A stretch of DNA of 64,000 nucleotides from a virus, in the IMG/VR virus record IMGVR_UViG_3300049043_000070, positions 122,294-186,293 of that record; one strand, written 5' to 3'. The notes under the pieces were generated by a model. It did not search any database, had not been told where the DNA came from, and was given only the letters and a program-made list of their open reading frames with translations. Made by a program: the position numbers and the translations under genes. This document shows positions 55,073 through 64,000 of this stretch, piece by piece. Each line of letters begins with the position of its first letter. Positions within the stretch are counted from its first letter, which is position 1.

Positions 55073-55413
55073 AATTCTTTCAATCAGAATTAGTGCGTGG
55101 TGACATTCAAAAAATGATAGAATTACAGCAGTTCTGTTTTCGTTCTGCCATGAATTTTGTTCTTTTGGATGAAGAAAGAAAACTTGAATATTTTGAGGCA
55201 CTTGAAACATTAATTGAAAAACAAAAAATATTTTTATGCTCGCATTAAGTTGTAGCGATGATCCCGAAGCTAAAATCAGTTGCCGAAACAATGAAACAAG
55301 GAATAATTATGTTAGGAGCAACTCCAGACACTCCAATTGAAAATATGTTTGACGAGCTACTTGAAAGAGTAAAAGTTATGAAATCCAAATTGGAAAGTGG
55401 CACAGGGGATTGA
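55069..55413 (+). CDS. Conserved cyanophage hypothetical protein (DUF1825-like)
   Basis: FFQSELVR...KQKIFYARIKLSDDPEA. Confidence 0.65.
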
Positions 55414-55494
55414 CACCCGACCCTGTGCCTGTTATGATGAGTAAGTGATTGGGCGTCACAAAGACCAAATCCAAAACAAATCCGAGGTAATCCT

Positions 55495-56406
55495 ATGTCC
55501 TTTGCTGATCTTAAGCGTAAATCCCAGAACAACTTTGAGTTTCTTCAAAAAGAACTTGAGAAGTCTGCCAGTGGCAAGAACGTTGATGAACGTTTCTGGA
55601 AACCAGAAGTTGATGCTGCTGGTAATGGTTACGCTGTTGTCCGCTTCCTGCCCGCTCCCGAGGGGGAGACTGTTCCCTGGGCGAAAGTCTATTCCCATGC
55701 CTTTCAAGGTCCTGGTGGATGGTATATTGAAAACAGTTTGACTACTCTTAACGAGAAAGATCCTGTTGGTGAGATCAACCGCCGCCTCTGGAACAGCGGC
55801 AGTGATGAAGACAAAGAGACTGCTCGTAAGCAGAAGCGCAAGCTCTCCTACTACAGCAACATCTATGTCGTGAAAGATCCTAAAAACCCTGAGAATGAGG
55901 GTCGTGTATTCTTGTATAAGTATGGCAAGAAGATCCATGATAAGATCCTTGCTGCGATGCAACCCGAGTTTCAAGATGAAGAACCCGTGAATGTGTTTGA
56001 TCTTTGGGAAGGTGCTAACTTCAAACTGAAGATCAAGAAGGTTGCTGGTTACTGGAACTACGACAGTTCTGAGTTTGATAGTGTCTCTGCTCTGTTGGCA
56101 GATGATACTGAACTTGAAAAAGTTTGGAAGAGTGAATACTCTCTCGCAGCCTTCACTGCTCCTGATAGTTTCAAGACCTACGAAGAACTTGAAGCACGTC
56201 TGAACCTCGTGTTGGGCGCTACTTCTCGTCCTGCTCGTCAATCTTATGATGAAGATGAGGAAGAGTTTGAACCTGTGGCAGAAGAACCTGCTCAGACTTC
56301 ATTCCGTTCTCGTGTTGCTGCTGTTCCCACTCCTGTGAAGGAAGCAGCAGTTGTGGATGATGACGATGCTCTTAGTTACTTTGCTCGTCTCGCTGAAGAC
56401 GACTGA
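55495..56406 (+). CDS. gp32: Single-stranded DNA binding protein
   Basis: DERFWKP, GGWYIENSLTT, KYGKKI, acidic tail LSYFARLAEDD. Confidence 0.97.
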   Translation: MSFADLKRKSQNNFEFLQKELEKSASGKNVDERFWKPEVDAAGNGYAVVRFLPAPEGETVPWAKVYSHAFQGPGGWYIENSLTTLNEKDPVGEINRRLWNSGSDEDKETARKQKRKLSYYSNIYVVKDPKNPENEGRVFLYKYGKKIHDKILAAMQPEFQDEEPVNVFDLWEGANFKLKIKKVAGYWNYDSSEFDSVSALLADDTELEKVWKSEYSLAAFTAPDSFKTYEELEARLNLVLGATSRPARQSYDEDEEEFEPVAEEPAQTSFRSRVAAVPTPVKEAAVVDDDDALSYFARLAEDD

Positions 56407-56475
56407 ACTGAAAATTAAAAACTGATTTTCATTGGCGGGGAAAAAATTTTCCGCCAATTTTTTTGTCTAAAAAGT

Positions 56476-57105
56476 TCAACCAGTTTTCTTAAGTTGCTGC
56501 GAGATATAATTACCAGATTTCTTGTAGAGATTTTGTTTTCTGAAATCATCTACAAATGCCTGTAGGTATCCTGGCTTCAGCAAATAGATTTCGCGTTTCT
56601 TTTCATTTTCTGCTGTATAATGCTCAATAATTGTAATAGGTTTAGATAATTCGTTACCATTTTTAGTTACAATTTCACCATTGATGTTTAATTTGTGAGT
56701 TCTGTTGTAGAATACACTATCTACATGTAATCCTGCTGGATATGGACCATACTCATAGGTTTCGTAGTGATGAATGGTTCCATATGGATCATCAAATTCT
56801 TTCTCAATGACTTTACTCAAGGTGTAATTTGTCATCGGCAAATCATATTGAGAATTGACAAGATTGTTTGTCAGAAGAATGACCCAATCATAAAATGGAT
56901 CACCATAAAGTCTTTGGGCAAGTGTATCTGGTCTATCACCATCTACGATTGTATATTTTACGAAGAATACAACGTATGAAAAAATTTCGTCGTTAACTTT
57001 GTATCTACGGAAGAAGTTCTTGGCAGTAATAAAGTCTGCTTCTGAAAAAGGATAACTGATTGGTTTCTCATCGTATGAGATATTAGGAACGATTGAAAAA
57101 AACAT
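56476..57105 (-). CDS. gp53: Baseplate wedge subunit
   Basis: Y.I.DGDRPD.LA..LYGDP.YDWVILL.N, ENEKKREI. Confidence 0.9.
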   Translation of the reverse strand: MFFSIVPNISYDEKPISYPFSEADFITAKNFFRRYKVNDEIFSYVVFFVKYTIVDGDRPDTLAQRLYGDPFYDWVILLTNNLVNSQYDLPMTNYTLSKVIEKEFDDPYGTIHHYETYEYGPYPAGLHVDSVFYNRTHKLNINGEIVTKNGNELSKPITIIEHYTAENEKKREIYLLKPGYLQAFVDDFRKQNLYKKSGNYISQQLKKTG

Positions 57106-57106
57106 T

Positions 57107-58247
57107 TTAGTAACCTGCCTTTACGTCTTCTCTGAAGATGAGTTTTGTTTCTTGGAAGTTTAGTGAAAGTTGATACGCAACCATGCGCCCATCTTGTGTG
57201 ATAGCGTATGCTCCGTCTGGAGTATAACTCACATCAACTTGAGTAAGAGCGCAAGTTTTATATTGAGGAACGTTTTTATTTAATGCTCCACCTCGCATAA
57301 ATGATACTCGGCAGACATCTGGAACTTTTATGTAAGTTTGCTGCTAAGGAGTTATTTCTCCTCCAAATAATGCTCGAAGATCTACTGTCAAGCGCATTTC
57401 CAAAAACGGATCCGCCTGGATCTCTATAATCAGAGTTTCCATATGGAAGCATTCCCATTTTGAATGTTTTTATAATATTTTCTATGTTTGTTGCTTCGTC
57501 CGGACTTCTTGGTACTAATTTATAATTTAGTGAGAAGTTACGCATATCTAATCCAGAAAATAGTCAGCTCTGCGTTAGGATTTAGAATAACTCCTCGCGT
57601 GCCACCAAAAAATTCATCAAGTGAGATACTTTCGCCTGTAATTTTGCCAATCGCAGCATTAACTAACTGTGCTCCAGCTATAGGAACAGCATTTAGTTAA
57701 AGCTTCATCAATAGTTGTTAAACCTTGCGTTAGTTTATCTAACGCTGTTTCACCACCAGCGGTTTTCATTATATCCTGCGATCCAATATTACTGAAGTTT
57801 TTGCCAGTCCAATTTGTTTTAAATCCAGTACTTATATCTTCTGGCATGTATAGAAGAATATTTGGTAAATCAGATGGATCATATTCTTGTGCTGAAGAAT
57901 TATAACTTGCTGTTGGGTTTACATTTCTACTTACATCATTACTATCTGCTTTAAACGGAGGACTATACTTAAAAAATTGAAATAAAACATAATCTGTGTC
58001 AGCAGCAATTTCTGGATCACTTGGATATCTCAATAATCCTTTTTTGTTTAAAGTTGGATTTTTTGGTCCGCTAACTTTTAATTTTTCTTGGTCTTTCTTC
58101 GCTTTATCTTGTTCCTCTTTTGCTTTATCAGCGAGCTGCCTGAGAAGGAGCAACAACTGGTTTGCCAGAAGTGTCTGTGAACTGTGTTTGGGGTGAGATT
58201 GTTCCGCCTAAAGGAGGTAATCCTTCTTGCCCTGGTTCATATACCAT
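57107..58247 (-). CDS. gp48: Baseplate tail-tube cap (frameshifted)
   Basis: LRYP, LYMP, NPNAE.IF...R.F..NYKL.PRS..EA, CAL..VDVSYTPDG, L.F.ETK. Confidence 0.85.
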
Positions 58248-58933
58248 TATTTGCTCATCTCCCTACTTTGCTTTGTTCCGTATCCTTTTATAATTCTGTG
58301 ACCAGTGATTTTGTCATAATATTTTTCGCTCGTTTCCTTCCAAACCTCTTCTTTATTGATTGGAAACTTTACTCCTCTAACATCTTTCACAAAATCTTCA
58401 GTTGGCAATAGAATGGCAGTGTCCCATTCAACCGTAGCGAGATCAATATACAAACCATCAACATGAGCGTGTATATATTTATGGAAACATGCTTTGGGTA
58501 TGTCAATCTTTCCTTCCATTAATTTCTTAACACAGATTATTCTCTTTTTGATTGGTAGATAGTGTAAGTTAGCACCCCAGAATTCTTCTTTTTGTGATTT
58601 GATTACATAAACGAGAGGAAATCTGTCATAGTAAGGTAACCATTTCATTTTTGCTTTATATTCATACATGTATAAGTGACCTTCAACGACATATCTTCTA
58701 AGTTGGTTTTGATCTTGTTCTTCTACAAGTCCACCCTTATCTCCCTTCTCGTCTAAAATATATTTGTTGAAGTTTTTCTTATACTTTCCTGCTTCTGCTT
58801 TAACAGCAGCAAGATACCAACTATAACTTTTCTTTTCTCCGCCAGTTGCTGCTGTCACACGTTCAAACAATGTTTTATATCCTGGTTCTTCATTAACGTT
58901 ATTGCGTTGGATATTTCCAAATCCTTGTGCCAT
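58247..58933 (-). CDS. gp2: DNA end-protector-like protein
   Basis: G.LYM.EY.AK..LPYYDRFPLV, GANLHYL. Confidence 0.75.
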   Translation of the reverse strand: MAQGFGNIQRNNVNEEPGYKTLFERVTAATGGEKKSYSWYLAAVKAEAGKYKKNFNKYILDEKGDKGGLVEEQDQNQLRRYVVEGHLYMYEYKAKMKWLPYYDRFPLVYVIKSQKEEFWGANLHYLPIKKRIICVKKLMEGKIDIPKACFHKYIHAHVDGLYIDLATVEWDTAILLPTEDFVKDVRGVKFPINKEEVWKETSEKYYDKITGHRIIKGYGTKQSREMSK

Positions 58934-58935
58934 TG

Positions 58936-59367
58936 TTATACTCCTAAATGGTCTTCGGTGAGTATCAAGAAGTTCATTTGCCTATCTTCACAATACTCAC
59001 GCGCAGCAGACCATTTGACTTGGTTTTTTGCGAATGTTAAAACTGCCTCACGATAGGCACTGGTTCGTCTATTTTTTTCATTCGGTGGTTGAGTTTGTCT
59101 TTTGGGTTTGATCTCAATAATATATTTGGTGATCTTGCCATCCTTCTCACGAACTTTGATATAGAAGTCTGGATAATAACGTCTCACTTTACCATCAGGA
59201 GCACGATAAGGAATGATTACCTCTTCGCTGCCCCATTCAATGATGCTGGGATTGTTATCACAAAATACCATGAACTTTCGTTCCCATAGCGATCTATAGA
59301 TAACACGAGTTGGATTACCACGATACTTTCCGGGATTTACGGGTTTGTATAATCCAGAGTATGCCAT
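58936..59367 (-). CDS. gp4: Head completion nuclease
   Basis: YSG.YKP.NP.KY.G, RSLWERKFM, YYPDF, EIKP, NQ.KW.AA. Confidence 0.95.
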   Translation of the reverse strand: MAYSGLYKPVNPGKYRGNPTRVIYRSLWERKFMVFCDNNPSIIEWGSEEVIIPYRAPDGKVRRYYPDFYIKVREKDGKITKYIIEIKPKRQTQPPNEKNRRTSAYREAVLTFAKNQVKWSAAREYCEDRQMNFLILTEDHLGV

Positions 59368-59375
59368 AAATATAG

Positions 59376-60122
59376 TTGGACCAACATAGGTATTTAGTGT
59401 GTCTATTAATTAGCTTCATCAACACGGTAGCTAAGTATGGCGGAATGTCATTTAGCAATAATTTTGAAGTAAAAATCATTAATCCACCGGTAGAATATGC
59501 TGGAATTAATGAGATTGTTTCATTGTTTTGTGACGAAGCGCAACTTCCAAACACAAACACTGCTCAGGGGTCCATTAATGGTTTGTATCTGGGTAGCGGA
59601 TCCGTTCAGTATCCTCACACTAGAGTATATACAGAAATCCAATTTGGATTTATGTTAGATGCTAATTTATCTGCTTTGAAATTTTTAAATAAATGGATGG
59701 ACTTCATTTTTAGCGGTCAAAGTAAAGAATTTAGCGATCAACTGACTAACAAATCTCTCACACAAATTCAGTCTTTGGCGTCCACAAATCCACGAGCAAA
59801 AAACAGATCAATTAGACTTAGATATAAGAATGAATACGCAAGAACCATCTTGATTAGTAAAACAGAGCAAGGTCCGTATTCTCCCAATCAGAGAGTTCCT
59901 CTCACATATGTTTTAGAAGAAGCATATCCATACGCAGTTGATGCTGTTCCATTGGCATATGGCAACTCACAGATAGCAAAAGTCTCGGCGCAATTTTCAT
60001 ATGCGAGACATTATACAATACCAAATGATATTACTTCTGTGGCAGGAACACTCAATGGAATGTATAATCCATCTCAAAAGAAAGACGTAGAACAAAAGGT
60101 TGTTCCTGGAAAACGAAATTGA
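59376..60122 (+). CDS. Baseplate/tail-tube initiator, gp54-like
   Basis: FCDEAQLP, YP...D...L.YG, V...F.Y; divergent late promoter at 59365. Confidence 0.65.
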   Translation: MDQHRYLVCLLISFINTVAKYGGMSFSNNFEVKIINPPVEYAGINEIVSLFCDEAQLPNTNTAQGSINGLYLGSGSVQYPHTRVYTEIQFGFMLDANLSALKFLNKWMDFIFSGQSKEFSDQLTNKSLTQIQSLASTNPRAKNRSIRLRYKNEYARTILISKTEQGPYSPNQRVPLTYVLEEAYPYAVDAVPLAYGNSQIAKVSAQFSYARHYTIPNDITSVAGTLNGMYNPSQKKDVEQKVVPGKRN

Positions 60123-60214
60123 TATTTGAATTCCTTAAAACCCGAAAAATTTTTTCCGCTAAAAAATCGTCAAAAAAGACGCAATAAATATACATATGAT
60201 CTGATTTAAGTATA

Positions 60215-60932
60215 ATGGCATTACCACAACATGCTCTCCCGACTTATGAGTTAGAAGTCCCATCAACTGGTAAAAAAATAAAATATCGTCCATTTGTAGT
60301 AAAAGAGGAAAAACTTCTTTTGCTGGCATTAGAAGCAAATGATGAAAAACAAGTAGAACAAGCACTTAAGACTTTATTAAAAAATTGTATTCTTACAAAA
60401 GGTATCAAAATAGAAGAATTGCCATCTTTTGACTTAGAATACATTTTTCTTCAAATTCGTGCTGTTTCTGTTGGAGAAACAATTGAGATGAACATCACTT
60501 GTAGAGATGATGAAGAGACTATTGTAAAATATGTCTTAGATCTCACAAAAGTCACTGTTACTAAACCAGAGAGGGCATAGCAATAAAATCGTGCTATCCG
60601 ATACAATGGGTATGATCATGAAATATCCGGCATTTGATGATTTTGTCAGAAATTCAATTCTTGGTGCTTCACCAACAGCAGATAGTGTAATTGAAGCAAT
60701 GGCATCTTGCGTTGATCAGATATTTGATAATGAAGAAGTCTATGATGACTCAACTACAAGTAAGAAAGAATTTATTGAATGGATTGAAGGTCTTACGAAT
60801 AAAGAATTTGAACAAGTTAAAGAATTTTTTGATGAAACTCCAAGATTAGAGCATACATTTTCTCTTAAAAATCCAAAAACTGGAGTAACATCAGAATATA
60901 CGATTACGGGGTTAGCAAATTTTTTCGGATAG
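60215..60932 (+). CDS. gp26: Baseplate hub subunit (frameshift near 60570)
   Basis: MALP, YRPF.VKEEK.LL, FDLEYIFL.IRA.SVGE, ends GLANFFG. Confidence 0.9.
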
Positions 60933-61116
60933 CACTCTTCCATAACAGTTTGGAAGGGTATTATAAAACCAACTTTTCTTTGATGCAGCACCATAAATAT
61001 CAGCCTTGACTGAGATTGAAAATATGCTGCCTTGGGAGAGACAGGTTTATACCACTCTCTTGATGCCATATCTAGAACAAGTTAGACAAGAACAAGAAAA
61101 AGCAGCACAACGCTAA
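60929..61116 (+). CDS. gp51: Baseplate hub assembly protein; no upstream ATG, possibly reached by -1 frameshift
   Basis: YYKTNFSLMQHHKY.LTEIENMLPWERQVY. Confidence 0.75.
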
Positions 61117-64000
61117 TGGCACACGGTTTTCTTACACCACAAGCAGTATCGGGAGATAACTTCTGGAAAAACGTTGAATGGTTGTGGAAAAAATTAAACA
61201 AGGAAAAAAAAGAAAAGGAAGAAAAAGAAAAGGGTGGTGGTTTAGCAACAACACCAAAAAATGATTACGTTGATGACGGTCTAAAAGCAGTAAGAGTTAC
61301 TGATGTTACTACTCCAAAAGCACAAAGAAATCCACCTCCAGTAGCAAAAATGTTGAAGCAATCAGCTGTTGCTGGTGCTTTAAATGCTGGAACTGATGCT
61401 ATTGTTAAAAAAGAGCAATTAGCACTACCGCCTGGAGGACCAAGACTTCCTGGTGGGGCATCACCAACAAAAGGTGGTACTTTTACGAATATCCCTGGTA
61501 TTTCTGCTGCTCCTAAAAAATTAGATAGTGAAGCATTTTTCAAGGCAGCACAAACTGGCGTTCATCCAGAAACTGGTAAGTATCTTCAGCAGTGAAGAAA
61601 GGAAGGATTATCTAAAAAAATCAAAAGCACAAATGAATGCCCCCGCGAGTGTGGCATCTGCTGGAGCTTCTGGAATTTCAAGTGCTTCTTTGGTAACTAA
61701 AGGAGATGAAGCGGTTGTAGGATCAGTAGAAAATTTAACTAAAGTAGTAACGTCACTTGTTGATGCTGTGAAGGCACAGACAGCAGCGCAAAAACAAATT
61801 TCAGATAAAGAAGCAGCAAAAGCAGACACTTTAGCAAATAGAGCACTAGCAAGAGAAGAAGAAAAATCACTAGAAGGAGGATCAGATAATTCTGGATTTC
61901 TTACTCCATCTGGTGGCATTCAATTGGGTGGAAATGCTGCTCAAGGTGGCATGGGGGCTGGTGGTGGTCCTGGTTTCGGTATTGGTGGAAAAGTAGCAGC
62001 AAATGCTATCGCAAAACGTGGCGTTGGCAGAATGGCTGGTAGAGCAGGAGCACGTATTGCCGGAAAGCAAGGTGCTAAACTAGGTGGAAAAATCGCAGGG
62101 AAATTAGGTCTCAAGGCAAGTGGTCTTGCTGGTAAAAAAATTCCATTGCTTGGATTGGGTCTTGGTGGTATATTTGCTGTTCAGAGAGCGATGCGCGGCG
62201 ACTGGGCAGGTGCTGGAATGGAACTGGCATCTGGTGCCGCAAGTACAGTTCCTGGTCTTGGAACTGCGGCTTCTCTTGGACTAGATGCTGCTTTAATGGC
62301 AAAAGATGCTGCTTCCGGAAATGGCTGAGAGGTGGTCTTGTTACTGGTGGTAAGAAGAGTGTTGTTGATGATGTTCCCATTCGTGCTGATGAAGGCGAAG
62401 TTGTGATGAGCAATGCTGCTGGCAATGCCTGGGGAAGAGGCACATTATTGGCAATGAACGCAATGGGCAGGAGGATCCAATAATCCTACAGGAGGTAAAG
62501 GATATGCTGAAGGTGGTTTAGTTGGTGGCGATAAAGCAAAATCTAAACAAATGTTCAAAATGTTTGGTGAGGGTATGATTGATGCCCAAAAATCAAATAG
62601 TAGAGATTTTGCTAAGATACAATCACAGGGTTTAAGGCAATATTATGAAAATGAAGGTGGTGGAGAAAGATTAGGTAAAAGTCTTGCTAGTGTTTGGGGT
62701 AAAATTAGCGGCGTTCTTGGAGGTCTCTTTAGTGGCACTCTAACTTCTCTCTTGGGGGGATCTGCGGGTGCTACTGAACTGGGCAATCCAGCAGATTATT
62801 TGGACAGTGGAATTGGTGGAAGCACCGCTGAAAGAAATGCCGCAGCATTTTTATCTACTTTAGAAGGTGGGGGAGGACAAACTGCCGCTGATACTTTCCA
62901 GGTTATGTTGAATAGAACTGCTAACGCAAAATCTGGTGGTTCTATGAAAGCATACGGAACTACTTTATTTGATCAAATAACAGCACAAAGTCAATTTAGT
63001 CCATTTTCTGCTGCTATCAATGATAGACCAACTGGAGATAAAGCTGCCGATGAAAAATATGGCAAAATTAGAGCAAAACTTGGAAAAAATGCGGCAGAAA
63101 GAAAAGCAAAACTTCTAGAAATTGCTGGTGGTCCAAATGGATTAGCAGCATTACAAAAGTTATTTGGAGCCTGGTAGTGGAGCAGAAGCAGCAAAAGTTC
63201 TTGCTGATTTTAAATCTGGTGGCGTAATGTCAAAATCTTCTGCTCAATTTGTTGGAGCAGCAATGTCATTTCGGGGTTATGAAACTTCTGGATCAAGAAG
63301 AAGATCTCAGGGTGGAAACTATTTCTTTGGGGCGGCACAAGGAACAAAAGCTGCTTCACTAAATGCTGTTTCTGCTGCTCCTACTGAAACTTTAAGATAT
63401 GTCTAGACTTCCAAAACTTCCAGATACTGGTACAGCACATGGACAAAATTATGGAGCAAATAGAGAAGGTGGAAGAAAACATGCTGGTGTAGATTTTGAT
63501 ATACGTGGAAATCAAAAGTTTTTCAGCAGAATTGGTGGAACTGTTACTAAAGTTGGATACGATCCAAATGGATATGGAAATTATGTTGACATTTACAATG
63601 ATCAACTAAAAGTTACAGAAAGAATTGCTGAGGGGAAAACAGTATTAGTAAAACAAGGACAAAAAGTTTCTCCAGGAACTCCTGTCAGCTCAAGGAGAAA
63701 CTGAAACTGGAGTTATACATTATGAAATTAGAAAAGATGGCGGTGGATTTGGATTTGCTGGAACAGTAAATCCGTTGAACTTTTTAGCATCTGTTTCATC
63801 AAAAAATAAAGATATTGCTTCTTCTGGTGGAGGAGGTGGTGGAAGAAGAGGAAGCGGATCTTCTCCTGGTTCTTTACAAGCAGCACCAGCAAATCCAAAT
63901 ACAGGAGCAAGTCTGGCACAAGCATCTGGGCAAGTTTCTATGATGGCTATGGGCATGAACACTCCAACCGGCAATATCATTAATAACATTTACGGTGGTC
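61116..64000 (+). CDS. Tape-measure/baseplate-hub-like protein with M23 peptidase domain (frameshifted, 3' truncated)
   Basis: Gly/Ala-rich helical repeats; H.GVDF...GYGNYV...HYE M23 motifs near 63480-63730; follows gp26/gp51. Confidence 0.7.

Overview
This window is part of a lytic T4-like cyanomyovirus genome (Kyanoviridae-like). The host is probably a Synechococcus/Cyanobium-type picocyanobacterium (inferred from psbA, hli and the SLH porin). Left to right it holds: a CobT-like/CobS pair; the T4-type replication block (gp45, gp44, gp62, regA, gp43, uvsX, gp41, gp61, nrdAB); speD, dam, hsp20 and mazG; a cell-wall hydrolase cluster; 19 tRNA genes; three large tail/virion proteins; two hli genes and psbA; thyX, phoH, gp33 and gp32; and the baseplate block (gp53, gp48, gp2, gp4, gp54-like, gp26, gp51, tape-measure-like). 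Many essential genes are broken by 1-2 nt indels, often in homopolymers. This looks like long-read error rather than decay, so split ORFs were joined by hand and some ends are approximate. The main finding sits between tRNA-Ser and tRNA-Pro: a complete phage-encoded FbpABC/FutABC-type ferric-iron ABC transporter operon (permease, ATPase, Tyr-ligand binding protein) preceded by a miniature SLH-domain outer-membrane beta-barrel. Other notable signals are an antisense GIY-YIG gene that split the original 5' end of gp44, a manA/wcaG-like RNA with an ORF inside it, a tandem glutamine riboswitch, a candidate sRNA complementary to the host Yfr1 motif, a structured leader on rlpA, and a candidate -1 frameshift joining gp26 to gp51. 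All calls come from reading motifs by eye; no database searches were run.
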